This document shows, in pieces, positions 18,851 to 29,031 of a stretch of 64,000 nt of DNA. Numbering within the stretch: the stretch's first letter is position 1; each line of letters starts with the position of its first letter. Location of the stretch: positions 832,001 through 896,000 of the forward strand of contig CAXWPH010000015.1 in assembly GCA_963666055.2 (NCBI GenBank), in the 5' to 3' direction. The stretch comes from Acidobacteriota bacterium. GTDB lineage: Bacteria > Acidobacteriota > UBA890 > WLXD01. Made by a program: the position numbers and the translations under genes. The notes below the pieces were generated by a model that ran no database searches, was not told the DNA's origin, and worked only from the letters and a program-made list of their open reading frames with translations.

Positions 18851-20466
18851 GGGTTGCTCGCCGGTGCTTGCGGTCTGGGGGGAGCTGTCAACGAATTTGC
18901 CAGGGCCGGTGCTACCGCCTTGGCGCCGAGCCCAGCACCGCTGATCTTCTGCAGGTAGGCGTTGGGCTCGTGATCGAGTGCCCCGGCGGGCAGATGCTCC
19001 CAGAGCGCGCCCAGGTCGTTGCGGATACGGTTCACGAAGAACTCCGGGAGCTCGTCGGTCTCGCGCTCGTAGTAGCGTCGCAGCGGTCGATCCTCCCGCA
19101 GGCGGCGCCGCAGCTCCGTGTAGTAGCGGATGCGGCCATAGCCCTCCGACGAGATCGCTCGCACCACGTTGAGCCAGGTCGCAAAGCCGCGTTGTGAGGC
19201 CCGGGCACGCCGCACGATCCGTCGCGGCGAGAACGTGTAGCGGGTCAAGTCGATGACCCGGTCGTAGAACTCGCCCCACCCGTAGTTGAGCGGCTTGACG
19301 TTCATCGCATGGTTGTTGTTCAGGAAGTGGAAGGGGAACGGGAGCACGCGTCCGGCGCGCTGTAGCTCGAGGTTCAGCGGCGCCGCTTCGCCGAATGCCG
19401 ACAGCAGCGAATAGCCGGGGAACGTAGCCGGGGTCTCATCGATGAACTTCTTGGTGAGATCGAAGGGCTCTGCCCCTTCGTCACAGTCGAGGCCGAGCAC
19501 GAAGTTGGTCTGCACGTACGGGATGTAGTCGAAGATCATGTTCACGTGCTCGGACACCTGCCGGACCTTGTCGATCCCGAATTTGAGCCCGGTACGCGAT
19601 TTGCCACCGAGGTCGTACCAGGACTCGATGCCCGGCAAGAGGGCCTTGAAGCCGGCATCGCGTAGGCGCCGCACGTTCGGCTCCGAAAGCAGCGACAGGC
19701 TACTTTCAGCTGCGAATCGGATGGCGCCCGGGGGCACCGCTTCCTCGATGGTGGTCAGGTAGTCGTCAAAGCGCACGCCGAAGTTCGGGTCGTGCCAGCC
19801 GACGGTGGGGTTGGGCATTACCTTGACGAGAAATCGCAAGTCGTCGCGGATCTGCTCGTAGTCGAGCGGCTGGTAGTCGACCTCGGCGTCGATACAGAAG
19901 CTGCAGGTGTAGGGACACCCGACGCTGCCTAGCATGGGCACCATCTTGATGCTCGTCGGCACGTGGCGAAGCGTCGGCTCGATGTACTTCCAGCGCTGCC
20001 GAACGCTCGGAAGCTCCTGCGGCTGTGTCTTTGCCGCCAGGTGTACGCCCAGCGGTCGGTGCGGCTGACAATCGGAGAGGATCTCGCTGACGATCTCGCG
20101 ATTGGTGAAGCCGACGACGTAGTCGAAATACTGGCGCGCGTCGTCCGGATAGCAGCGTGCGTGCGGACCGCCGAGGACCGTCACCGCGCCGCGGCTTCGG
20201 AAGAGGTTGCTGAGGGCGTACGAGAGTTGCGCCGCCTGTGAAAACGCGCCGATGAACAGCAGGTCGACGTCCTCGGGAAGCTCCTCGAGGAGATCCTCTG
20301 CCCCTGTGTAGCAGACCAACTTGACGTCGTGGCCGGCGTCCTCGCACCAGACCGCGATTACCTGTGGCATGACGCTCGCCAGGTTGGCGTTCATCACCCG
20401 GGCCCAGAGTGCCTTGGTGGGCGCCCGCGCTACGAGATCCAGAACGCCGATTCGAAGTCGCTGCAC
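18847..20466 (-). CDS. Radical SAM protein with N-terminal cobalamin-binding-like domain
   Basis: CPYTCSFC motif; VLGGPHA in N-terminal domain; GIES, FVLGLD. Confidence 0.85.
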   Translation of the reverse strand: MQRLRIGVLDLVARAPTKALWARVMNANLASVMPQVIAVWCEDAGHDVKLVCYTGAEDLLEELPEDVDLLFIGAFSQAAQLSYALSNLFRSRGAVTVLGGPHARCYPDDARQYFDYVVGFTNREIVSEILSDCQPHRPLGVHLAAKTQPQELPSVRQRWKYIEPTLRHVPTSIKMVPMLGSVGCPYTCSFCIDAEVDYQPLDYEQIRDDLRFLVKVMPNPTVGWHDPNFGVRFDDYLTTIEEAVPPGAIRFAAESSLSLLSEPNVRRLRDAGFKALLPGIESWYDLGGKSRTGLKFGIDKVRQVSEHVNMIFDYIPYVQTNFVLGLDCDEGAEPFDLTKKFIDETPATFPGYSLLSAFGEAAPLNLELQRAGRVLPFPFHFLNNNHAMNVKPLNYGWGEFYDRVIDLTRYTFSPRRIVRRARASQRGFATWLNVVRAISSEGYGRIRYYTELRRRLREDRPLRRYYERETDELPEFFVNRIRNDLGALWEHLPAGALDHEPNAYLQKISGAGLGAKAVAPALANSLTAPPRPQAPASNP

Positions 20467-20729
20467 GTCTTCCCTCCGTTCAGAGCGACGGCTGGCTCTG
20501 GCTGCCTAACGGCGCCGACGGATCGTACACCGCGGAGGGCGAGCGCCGGAGGTCGCTTCGGCCACCTCTTATCGAGGTAGCCGGATGCTAAGGCATCGAT
20601 GCACCGGCTGGCAACCGGCTCGCCACCGGAGCGCCGCCTGCGGCGCTGCCGCCGCTCAGTTGAACGCGGCCGTACCAGGGCGGCGAAGCCCTGCACGCAG
20701 GAGGGAGGGCTTTGGCGGAATACCTCTTG

Positions 20730-20748
20730 TTCCACCACGACCTGCTAG
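20730..20748. repeat. Solo MITE end, type A
   Basis: TTCCACCACGACCTGCTAG, near-identical to the MITE TIR. Confidence 0.65.
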
Positions 20749-20809
20749 GGTCGTGGCGTTCTTGTGCGGCACGCGGAGAGTCGCCTGGAGCGAGGCGCAG
20801 GGAGGGGTG

Positions 20810-23116
20810 ATGGAACTATCGATGAAGGCTCGTGATCGGCCTTTGGTGACCGGGGTGCTCGTCGCCCTGGCCGGGCTCGGATCACAAACGCTCTATGCGA
20901 CGGACAACGAACTGGTTCCCGCGCAGGTGGTGTCGACGCCCGAGGCTGGGTCGCGGCAGGAGATGTACGAGCGCTACCTGGAGTTCCCATCGCTCGTCAA
21001 GGGCGCTTCGGCCCGACCGCATTGGCTCGCCGATGGCAGCGGGTTTTGGTACGCCGAGGGAATGCCGGACAGGACGATGATCTTCAAGGTCGATCCGGTG
21101 GCCAACCAGAAGGTGCCGCTCTTCGACGTCGACCGATTGCGACGAGCGTTGACGCTACCGCTGGGCCATGAGCCACCCTACGAGGGCTTGCCCTTCGACA
21201 GCTTCACATTCCTAGAGGACGAGCGGGCGGCCAGGTTCGTGGTTGAGGACCGCGAGTTCGAGATCCGGCTCGCCACCTACGAGATCGAGGCATTGCCGGC
21301 CGGCTCGCCAGCCGAACGAGAGCGCCTCACGCCACAGCTGGTGCGACGAGCGTTCCCGACCACCGAACCGGACCTCTACGAGCTGCGCTCACCCGATGGG
21401 AGCTGGTTTGTCCGCGATCAGGACAACAATCTCTGGTTGCGCTCCACCGAGGATGGGCGTCTGGTCGAGCTCACCCATGATGGCGAGGAGCTGGACGGTT
21501 GGAGCACCTCGGATACCAAGTGGTCGCCCGACGGCAGCAAGCTCTTGACGCGTCGGGTGGATTCTCGTGAAGCGCACCGAATGCCCATTGTCCATTGGCT
21601 CAAGCCGGGCGAGGAGGAGGTCGAGTGGCATCTGTATCCGCTGGCCGGTGCCAGCCAGCCACAGAATCGATTGTTCATCGTGGACATCTATTCGAGGCAA
21701 CAAGTGGAGATCGATGTCGGCGATGATGCCGATCAGATATTCCATCTGATCGGCTGGGGGCCGGCGGGCAAAGAGGTGTTCTTCCTTCGGCTGGATCGGC
21801 TGATGAAACGGATGGACCTGATGGCCGCCGACCCGAGCACGGGGACCAGTCGAGTCGTCGTGACGGAGGAGCAGGAAACCTACGTCGAGGGGCTTCGCTT
21901 CTATGGTGTTGCCGACAACTTTCTGACGCTGCTGAACGATGGGCGTTTTCTCTGGTTATCGGAGCGTGACGGCTGGACACACCTCTACTTGTATGGCCTC
22001 GACGGCACCCTCGTACGGAGGCTCACAGACGGCGAGTTTCCGGTCAACAGAGTGGTAGCAGTCGACCAAGACGCCGGCCGGATCTACTTCATGGCGCAGG
22101 CGGAGCACGACCGGCCGTATGACGATCACCTCTATCGAATCGACTTCGAGGGCGGTGGTTGGCGGCGTCTGACCGAGGGTGTTGGCCAGCACGAGATCGC
22201 CTTTGCACCGGCGTCGACCTATTTTGTCGATACCCACTCCTCGGTTGGCAGACCCCCTGTGGTGGAGTTGAGGCAGGCGGATGGAGAGTTACTGCAGGTG
22301 CTCTCGACCGCCGACGTGTCGGCGCTCGAAGCGTTGCAGTGGACACCGCCCGAGGAGTTCGTAGTCAAGGCAGCGGACGGCGAGACCGACCTGTGGGGGC
22401 TGCTGTACAAGCCCTACGACTTTGATCCGGGTCGCAGCTATCCGATCATCGATTTCATCTACGCCGGCTCGCAGAGCGCCGTCGTGCCACGGACGTTCAC
22501 GAGCAGCAGGCGAGCTGTTTTTGCCCAGGCAATGGCGCAGCTCGGTTATCTCACCTTCGTCGTCGATGCCCGCGGCACACCGTTGCGAGGCAAGGACTTC
22601 CAGGACGTGGTCTACCAGAACATCGGGCGTCATGAGATCCCCGATCATGTCGCCACGTTGCGTCAGCTGGCGGAGCGTCGGTCCTACATCGACATGGGTC
22701 GTGTCGGCGTGCATGGCTATTCCTGGGGGGGCTACTTCACCCTGCGGGCGATGCTGATGGCGCCGGAAGTGTTTCATGTCGGGGTTTCTTCGTCGCCGGT
22801 CGTAGATCTGGCTGGAGCGCCCGAGCCCAGCGAGCCGTATCTCGGACTGCCGCAGAACAACCGGGAGTCCTGGAGCTATGCCTCCAACCTCCGTCTTGCC
22901 GAGAACCTGCAGGGAAAGTTGCTGTTGACAATTGGCACCAGCGATGTCAACACGCCCTTCGCCCACACCATGCGGATGATTGAGGCCCTTACGCGTGCGG
23001 GCAAGAAGTACGACCTGCTCATCCTCCCGGAGCAGAGCCACCGTCTGTCGGGGGCGAGTGCGCGCTACTGGCGTGATGCGGTAAAGGACTATTTCTTGGA
23101 GCACCTGCGCCCATAG
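20810..23116 (+). CDS. Dipeptidyl peptidase IV-like S9 peptidase
   Basis: DPPIV_N propeller, GYSWGG, Asp (SDVN) and His (QSHR); GGAGG RBS. Confidence 0.92.
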   Translation: MELSMKARDRPLVTGVLVALAGLGSQTLYATDNELVPAQVVSTPEAGSRQEMYERYLEFPSLVKGASARPHWLADGSGFWYAEGMPDRTMIFKVDPVANQKVPLFDVDRLRRALTLPLGHEPPYEGLPFDSFTFLEDERAARFVVEDREFEIRLATYEIEALPAGSPAERERLTPQLVRRAFPTTEPDLYELRSPDGSWFVRDQDNNLWLRSTEDGRLVELTHDGEELDGWSTSDTKWSPDGSKLLTRRVDSREAHRMPIVHWLKPGEEEVEWHLYPLAGASQPQNRLFIVDIYSRQQVEIDVGDDADQIFHLIGWGPAGKEVFFLRLDRLMKRMDLMAADPSTGTSRVVVTEEQETYVEGLRFYGVADNFLTLLNDGRFLWLSERDGWTHLYLYGLDGTLVRRLTDGEFPVNRVVAVDQDAGRIYFMAQAEHDRPYDDHLYRIDFEGGGWRRLTEGVGQHEIAFAPASTYFVDTHSSVGRPPVVELRQADGELLQVLSTADVSALEALQWTPPEEFVVKAADGETDLWGLLYKPYDFDPGRSYPIIDFIYAGSQSAVVPRTFTSSRRAVFAQAMAQLGYLTFVVDARGTPLRGKDFQDVVYQNIGRHEIPDHVATLRQLAERRSYIDMGRVGVHGYSWGGYFTLRAMLMAPEVFHVGVSSSPVVDLAGAPEPSEPYLGLPQNNRESWSYASNLRLAENLQGKLLLTIGTSDVNTPFAHTMRMIEALTRAGKKYDLLILPEQSHRLSGASARYWRDAVKDYFLEHLRP

Positions 23117-23173
23117 TGATGGCGCTCCGGCCTGCGGATCGAGGTCGATGGGCAGCGTTCAGTGGAGCGGCAA

Positions 23174-23815
23174 CTAGTCGTGCCGCTGCAAGCCGCCAAG
23201 GTGCACTCCGGCGACCATGTACATGTAGCCACCCGTCCTGGCATATCGCTCATCGGCGGCGGCCGCGATGTGCTCGAGTGCCGCTTCGGGGTGTCCCGAT
23301 GCCTCGAAGTACAGACCCAGATAGAGGTGGGCGTAGAACTGGGCCGAGGTGCGGCCACCGGCGGCTGCCAGTACCTCCTCGGGGGCGAGGTCGCCGCGAA
23401 ACATCCCGTAGATCTCCGTCATCGGTGTCCGCCGGTCGGGCCCCACGGGCAGCAGGGCGGCGCGCGCCGCCGCCAGGGTCTCGGCGCGGGCGACGCAGAG
23501 GAAGTGCCAGGCGGCGTTCTCGACGTCGTTCGGATTGACGGTGCGGTGCGCTTCGAACTGCTCACGGCAGTCTTGGTAGCGCCCCGCGTAATAGAGGGTG
23601 ACGCCCCTCTGCCAGAGCTGAGGTGCGTAGTCGGGAAGCAACTCGGCAAGCCGGTCGAATCCGGCCGCCGATTCGCTGATGCGGCTGGCGCGGAAGTCGT
23701 CGACGGCGCGGTCGAAGATCTGCTGCGGATTCTGCGCCATGGATATCGCCGCGGCACTGGCCGCCGCGGTACCAACGGCCACGGCCCAGGCGAATACGAT
23801 AGGCACGCTGCTCAA
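23174..23815 (-). CDS. Exported TPR protein (NlpI-like)
   Basis: LWQRGVTLYYAG, NPNDVENAAWHFLC, FYAHLYLGLYFEA. Confidence 0.8.
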   Translation of the reverse strand: MSSVPIVFAWAVAVGTAAASAAAISMAQNPQQIFDRAVDDFRASRISESAAGFDRLAELLPDYAPQLWQRGVTLYYAGRYQDCREQFEAHRTVNPNDVENAAWHFLCVARAETLAAARAALLPVGPDRRTPMTEIYGMFRGDLAPEEVLAAAGGRTSAQFYAHLYLGLYFEASGHPEAALEHIAAAADERYARTGGYMYMVAGVHLGGLQRHD

Positions 23816-25474
23816 GGAATGTCCCTTCGCTCCGCCGCCTTGATGAGCTTGAGGGCGTCTTCCTGAAGGAGGAAGCCTTCCGTGACCAATGCTCTCGTGG
23901 CTGCCTCGAATTGCGCCAGATAGTCGCTGCGCGTCGGATAGAGCTTGTCGATCGTGGGCTGATCAAATGGCAGGATCGTGTCTCTGCAGTCCGGCGCCGG
24001 CACGTAGTCTCCTCTGTAGCTCGCAATCGGGACAGCAATCTCCGGCATGCGTAGGCCGCCGATGGCATTGCCGTACTTGTCGCGCGACGGACCTGGGGCA
24101 TTCGCGGAACCGCTTGTCTGGATGTAGTCGGCGCTTGGGGGAGCGACGCCCGAGGTGGCCCAGCGATCAAGCAACACGTAGGCGGCCTTCTCAACCATAT
24201 AGAGGTTGATCTCTGGCTGATTCGAATCACAAACGAAGTCGTAGGCGCCGAAGCCAGCCGCTGCTACATCGTCCCGCGCAGCATCGCTATAGTTGTATTG
24301 CCACGTCCAGCCGTGACTGGCACCGGTCAGCTCCCACATCATGAACTGGTCGTCTGCGGTATTGGCATTAGGCCTGCGGGCCGAGGCGAAAGGACTACGG
24401 TTGGCCAGCGGAAAGTCCCATTCGGAGTGCACGGCGAAATAGGGAACGCGGCGTCCCGGAATGGTCCACTGCGGATCATTGTCGGGAAGCGGATTGACCT
24501 CCGTCCCGCATTGATGGAGGCTGCCGCTGCGGGCCGTACTAGTCCCCCCAGCTTCCGCCAGGTAACCATCGTAGACAGGCTTCCCGTCGGGCAGGCTTGC
24601 GCGCTGGTGGAACCAGCGAAAATACCGCGACAGGTACGACCCCGATTGCGACTCGCCCGTGAGGTATAGTCGTTCGGCGGCCTGCCCGAGCGGGTTGTGA
24701 GGGGCATTCGACTTCAGTAGTGCACCTACCTGGGTGAAGATGTCCCAGGACAACCCGTTTTCCGACAGCTTCGAGAGATTCGGGTCGTAGTCGGGCTCTC
24801 CCGGCAGCAATCCGCAGGCTTGCTCATCCGGTGGCAGGGGGTTGGGCATCGACAGGCGCCCATAGCGACCTGCGTCGAACTCGACCATGCCGGGAAAGAC
24901 GTTCGGCTTGCTGGTGATGCCGACGTACACGTCTCCTTGCTTCAAGATCTGTTCCCACAGCGCCGCCCAGATCGCCGTCCAGTCGTAGCCGGCGCTCATG
25001 TTGATGATCTCGACGACGACCCGACCGCTGAACTCCGTCATGTTCTCTGGACGACGAACCATGATTCTGGTGGTGTACTCGGTGGCTTCGATCAGGTCCC
25101 GGGTCTCGTAGGGGAGCCAGTTCTTGGTTGCAGGGTCGAGGACCACCAGGTCGAAGTCGCTGTCCGGGACCCAGTCGTAGACGTGAGCACCGCCCGATAT
25201 GTAGTACTCCTCCTCGACATAGCGGTACTCGGCCAGGTCGATCGGGAGCCGCTGCCACATGCGAGTCTGCGGTATTGCGGATCGGACCCTCGAGCCGGGG
25301 AAGCGGTATACGGCCCTCGGTGGTGCCGCATGAGGTCATCACAGCAATGTTGAACGATACGAACAGCAAACAGGCAACGAGACGGCCGGGCTTCGACGAG
25401 GATTCAGCAGCCTTGCGCGTCCGCGCCGGTAGCGCACGAGTTGCGATCGCCGGCAATCTGGTGGGGAGCGTCAT
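23812..25474 (-). CDS. Alpha/beta hydrolase domain protein, probable lipoprotein; frameshift near 25260
   Basis: Leader ...VMTSCG..LEGPIRNTADSH in one frame continues as DLAEYRYVEEEYYISG, GESQSG, GNAIGGLRMPEIAVP, LYPTRSDY in another. Confidence 0.75.
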
Positions 25475-25838
25475 TCCCGTCACCCCTTGTCCGTGTTCAT
25501 GACCGTTTGGCCGCATCGTCGCCAACGATCGAAGTTCTGCCAATAGAGATTGGAACCACCTCATAGTGGATGGGCTCTTGCTGATGCCGACGTCCTTGAC
25601 GATCGTGACGCAGTGGCCGCGAGGTCCTCAGGACGGCGCTCGATGCAGCCTATCGCCAGGGCGTCCGAGATCCAATCGAGAGAGCCCGCAGGGGCGGGCG
25701 GGAAGGCCGGACCGGGAGGAAATGGCCTCAGCGGTTACCGTTTGAGCTCGTGTAGCAAGCTCGCGCGAGCCACAATGTGCAACGAACCTGTGTTACAGGA
25801 CACTGGACACGAGCTACTCGAGAGCAGGAACGCTGCCT

Positions 25839-26216
25839 GTGGTACCGCGCAAGAGGTCAGACCGGGGTCGAAGCGGTCGAATCGTTGCCGAGGGTCGTCG
25901 CGCGCGCGCCGAGTGGGACAGCAGCTACCGGGGCCGGGCGCTGAAGCTGCTGCCCTGGGTTTGCGCCAGCTGCGGGCGCGATTTCGTCAGCAAGAACCTC
26001 AGCGAGCTGACCGTCCACCACAAGGACCACGATCACACCAACAACCCGCCCGACGGCAGCAACTGGGAGCTTCTCTGCTACTGGTGCCACGACAACGAGC
26101 ACTCCCGACGTGCGGTCGCAGAATCTTCCGGCACGGCGCGGCGTCGCGACCAGCGACCTTCGGTCACCCAAAGCCCCTTCGCCAAGCTGGACAAGCTACT
26201 GAAGGGCCGGGAGTAG
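25839..26216 (+). CDS. yajD: YajD-family HNH nuclease
   Basis: YRGRALKLLPWVCASCGRDF...LTVHHKDHDHTNNPPDGSNWELLCYWCHDNEH. Confidence 0.9.
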   Translation: MVPRKRSDRGRSGRIVAEGRRARAEWDSSYRGRALKLLPWVCASCGRDFVSKNLSELTVHHKDHDHTNNPPDGSNWELLCYWCHDNEHSRRAVAESSGTARRRDQRPSVTQSPFAKLDKLLKGRE

Positions 26217-26291
26217 TCCGGAGGCATCCTGCAAGTAGCCGACTCGTAGCGTCTCGACCGGGAGTCCGGCGTCCCAATTGAACGGCGCCTG

Positions 26292-27650
26292 CTAGCGGAT
26301 GATGATGATCTTCTCGTTTATGGGACTCAGGTATTCAACACCGAGGTTCGTGACGATCGCGTTGTCTTCGAAGTTGATGCCGATGCGCCGGTTCCACTCG
26401 GGAACCCATGTGTTGAGCTCGAACTCCAGCGAGAAGATGTAGTTTGGCTGCACCATGATATGGGCGGTCGTCGATCGCCACGGCGCTATCGAGGGGCCTG
26501 CCGTAGCGTCGCCGACGCTGGTATTTCCGGTGGCATGGAAATCGATCGAGAATCCCGACCTCTCGTCGTCTCCCAGCTCTGCCACCAGGTCTCTGTATTG
26601 CGAGGTCCGATCGTCGGAAGGGGTGTACACATAATCGGCTGCTTCCAGGGCGGCGACGATCGCTTCGAGAGATTCTCCTGCGGTCCTGCCGACCTTGAAC
26701 GTCTTCCGAAGAATCTGACGCGCTTTCATCCCACGCTCCCAGGCGAGCCTTAGTCCGTCGGGTATGTCCGTCTCACCGTCCTTCAGGACATACGCGTTTC
26801 GCTTGATGTCGGTACCGAAGTTCAAGTAACCGATGCCCATGTCCCAGGATATGAACGCGCCGCGCTGATAAACGCCGTCTCGAGCGCCTCCCGGCATGTA
26901 AGGCAGAAACAGAGTCGCCGCTTGATAAGAGGGGCCGATTCCTCGCTCCAGCAGCTGGTCTGCCGCCCACCAGCCGATTTCTTCAGGGGTTGTGATTCCG
27001 GGTCTGATCCTCCGTAGGGCCGCTTCCATGATCTGTCGCTGAATCTCCAGCGCGTTTGAGAATGCGATGATCTCCCTTTGCACTCGTCTTACGCGGAAGT
27101 CGGTGATCACCTGTTCTGCAGAGACGATTCTCTTGGCGTATTTCTCACCCAGCGCTGCGATCATGCTCAGGTACGCCGTATGAGAAAGACCGTTCGCGAT
27201 GGGAAGCGAGGTCGACATGTTGACGGCGATCACCTCCGGATCGCGCTCCTCAACGATCTTCAGTAGGTCGCCTCCCGAAGCGGAAATGTCATAAAGACCT
27301 TCCTGGTCTTCGCCACCCAGGATTATCCGTTCGATCCGGTCCCCACCTCGATCCGTAAAGATGTAGTAGCCGAACGGTTCCCAGGCTCGGTATTCGAACC
27401 ATCCGCCCAAGTCCAGCGCAAGAGGATCCCTGTTGCCGCTCTGTACGACGTGAATCCACATGTCGACGTTGTTGTCGCGCAGGGCGCCGGGCAGGATGAG
27501 ATCCAGTTTCTCGTGACGTATGAGCCTCATGATCTCGTAGTTTTGTTTCGACTCCTGCGCGTAGGATTCCAGGCCGGTGGCGAGACAAGCGAGAGCCCAA
27601 CACACAGCTAGCAACCGGTTACTGATCACGGTGACTCCTTCTCGAATCAA
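26292..27650 (-). CDS. Exported M24 metallopeptidase (Xaa-Pro aminopeptidase-like)
   Basis: Metal ligands in WDMG..TDIKR, DFHATG, SLEF, FEDN; signal peptide; start uncertain. Confidence 0.82.
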   Translation of the reverse strand: MIREGVTVISNRLLAVCWALACLATGLESYAQESKQNYEIMRLIRHEKLDLILPGALRDNNVDMWIHVVQSGNRDPLALDLGGWFEYRAWEPFGYYIFTDRGGDRIERIILGGEDQEGLYDISASGGDLLKIVEERDPEVIAVNMSTSLPIANGLSHTAYLSMIAALGEKYAKRIVSAEQVITDFRVRRVQREIIAFSNALEIQRQIMEAALRRIRPGITTPEEIGWWAADQLLERGIGPSYQAATLFLPYMPGGARDGVYQRGAFISWDMGIGYLNFGTDIKRNAYVLKDGETDIPDGLRLAWERGMKARQILRKTFKVGRTAGESLEAIVAALEAADYVYTPSDDRTSQYRDLVAELGDDERSGFSIDFHATGNTSVGDATAGPSIAPWRSTTAHIMVQPNYIFSLEFELNTWVPEWNRRIGINFEDNAIVTNLGVEYLSPINEKIIIIR

Positions 27651-27765
27651 TCAAATGTTGTGTGATGGTGTGGAACTGAAGGTCGAGTTTCTTACAGTCG
27701 ATTCGTTCTCAGGAGCGACGGTCACTTGATCGTCTGCCTCTGCCCACGCCCTGCGCGACGCCGGA

Positions 27766-28794
27766 CTAGTTGATGCGCAGCACCTTACTGCCGCGCACTC
27801 CGCCCGCTCTCAGCTCGCGTAGGGCGAGGTTAGCCTCGTCCAGCGGATACTCTTGAACCTCGGGCGCGATCTGCATTTCGCCCGCCAGTTCGAGGAAAGC
27901 ACTCACGTCGTGGCGGGTGATATTGGCGACGCTCTTGATCTCCTTCTCCAGCCACAGGTGTTCTGCATAGTCGAGGCGGGCCAGCTCCTGCTGATCGACT
28001 GTCTCCTTACGGATAGCATTGATGACCAGGCGCCCGCCCGGAGCCAGGTTAGCGAGAGCTTCCACGACGGGCTTCCAGGCCGGTGTGGTATCGATGATCG
28101 CGTGCAGCTTCTGGGGCGCGGCTGCCTCTGTGGGGCCTGCCCAGCCGGCGCCGAGCTCGACGGCAAAACGACGTTCGTCGGCGTTGCGCGCAAAGACCGC
28201 TACCTCGGTGCTCGGAAACAGGTAACGCGCAAGCTTGAGTACGAGATGCCCCGACGCCCCGAAGCCGGTGAGGCCGAGCCGCTGGCCATCACCGATGCCG
28301 GCAAGCATCAGCGACCGGTAGCCGATGGCGCCGGCGCACAGCAGAGGTGCGGCAGCCGTGTCGCTTAGGTTATCGGGGATCGTGTAGGCGAAGGCCTCCG
28401 GAACGGTCATCAACTCCGCGTATCCGCCATCGACATCCCGTCCCGTGGCGTGGAACTCCGCGCAGAGATTCTCCAGCCCGCTGGCGCAGAACCGGCAACT
28501 TCCGCAGGCTGAGTAGATCCAGGCCACGCCGACCCGATCGCCCGGCTCGAAACGACACACGTCGGCGCCGAGCGCTTCAACGCGTCCCACCACCTGGTGT
28601 CCCGGGATGACCGGTAATCGAGGCGGCGAAGTGCGCCCCTCGATCTCGTCGAGCTCGGTGTGGCAGACGCCGCATGTGGCCACCCTGAGCAGCACCTCGC
28701 CCGCGGCCGGCACCGGGTCGGCGACCGTTTCCGCGACGAGCGGATTAGATCTCTCGCTCAGCGGGCCGATCTCGTGCAGCCGCATCGCCCTCAT
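27766..28794 (-). CDS. Zinc-dependent alcohol dehydrogenase
   Basis: CHTE, GHQVVG, CGSCRFC...C, GFGASG. Confidence 0.93.
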   Translation of the reverse strand: MRAMRLHEIGPLSERSNPLVAETVADPVPAAGEVLLRVATCGVCHTELDEIEGRTSPPRLPVIPGHQVVGRVEALGADVCRFEPGDRVGVAWIYSACGSCRFCASGLENLCAEFHATGRDVDGGYAELMTVPEAFAYTIPDNLSDTAAAPLLCAGAIGYRSLMLAGIGDGQRLGLTGFGASGHLVLKLARYLFPSTEVAVFARNADERRFAVELGAGWAGPTEAAAPQKLHAIIDTTPAWKPVVEALANLAPGGRLVINAIRKETVDQQELARLDYAEHLWLEKEIKSVANITRHDVSAFLELAGEMQIAPEVQEYPLDEANLALRELRAGGVRGSKVLRIN

Positions 28795-28842
28795 GAAACA
28801 AACGCTACCACTCCGAGGCGGCCGCGAGAGCGGCCTTGCCCG

Positions 28843-28857
28843 TCAGCACCCTGCTAA
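28843..28857. repeat. Solo MITE/IS-like end, type B
   Basis: TCAGCACCCTGCTAA; its reverse complement contains TAGCAGGGTGCTGA, identical to 34107-34120. Confidence 0.5.
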
Positions 28858-29031
28858 CGGGGATGCACCCTCCCGCAAGAAAACGGAGGTCGGCTATTAT
28901 CATGCTTGTGTCGGAAGTGCAGGTGAGACTCTTGGATTCGCATGACGCGTTGACGCTTGGTGGTCGACTTGCCCCTGGGCGGCCCGCTCACAAGGCGGTG
29001 CCGATGTGGTGCTGCTGACTTGGTGAGCTCG

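Noticed and set aside
25839-26216. HNH nuclease as defence or homing system
   Set aside because: Matches the widespread stand-alone YajD family; no partner genes
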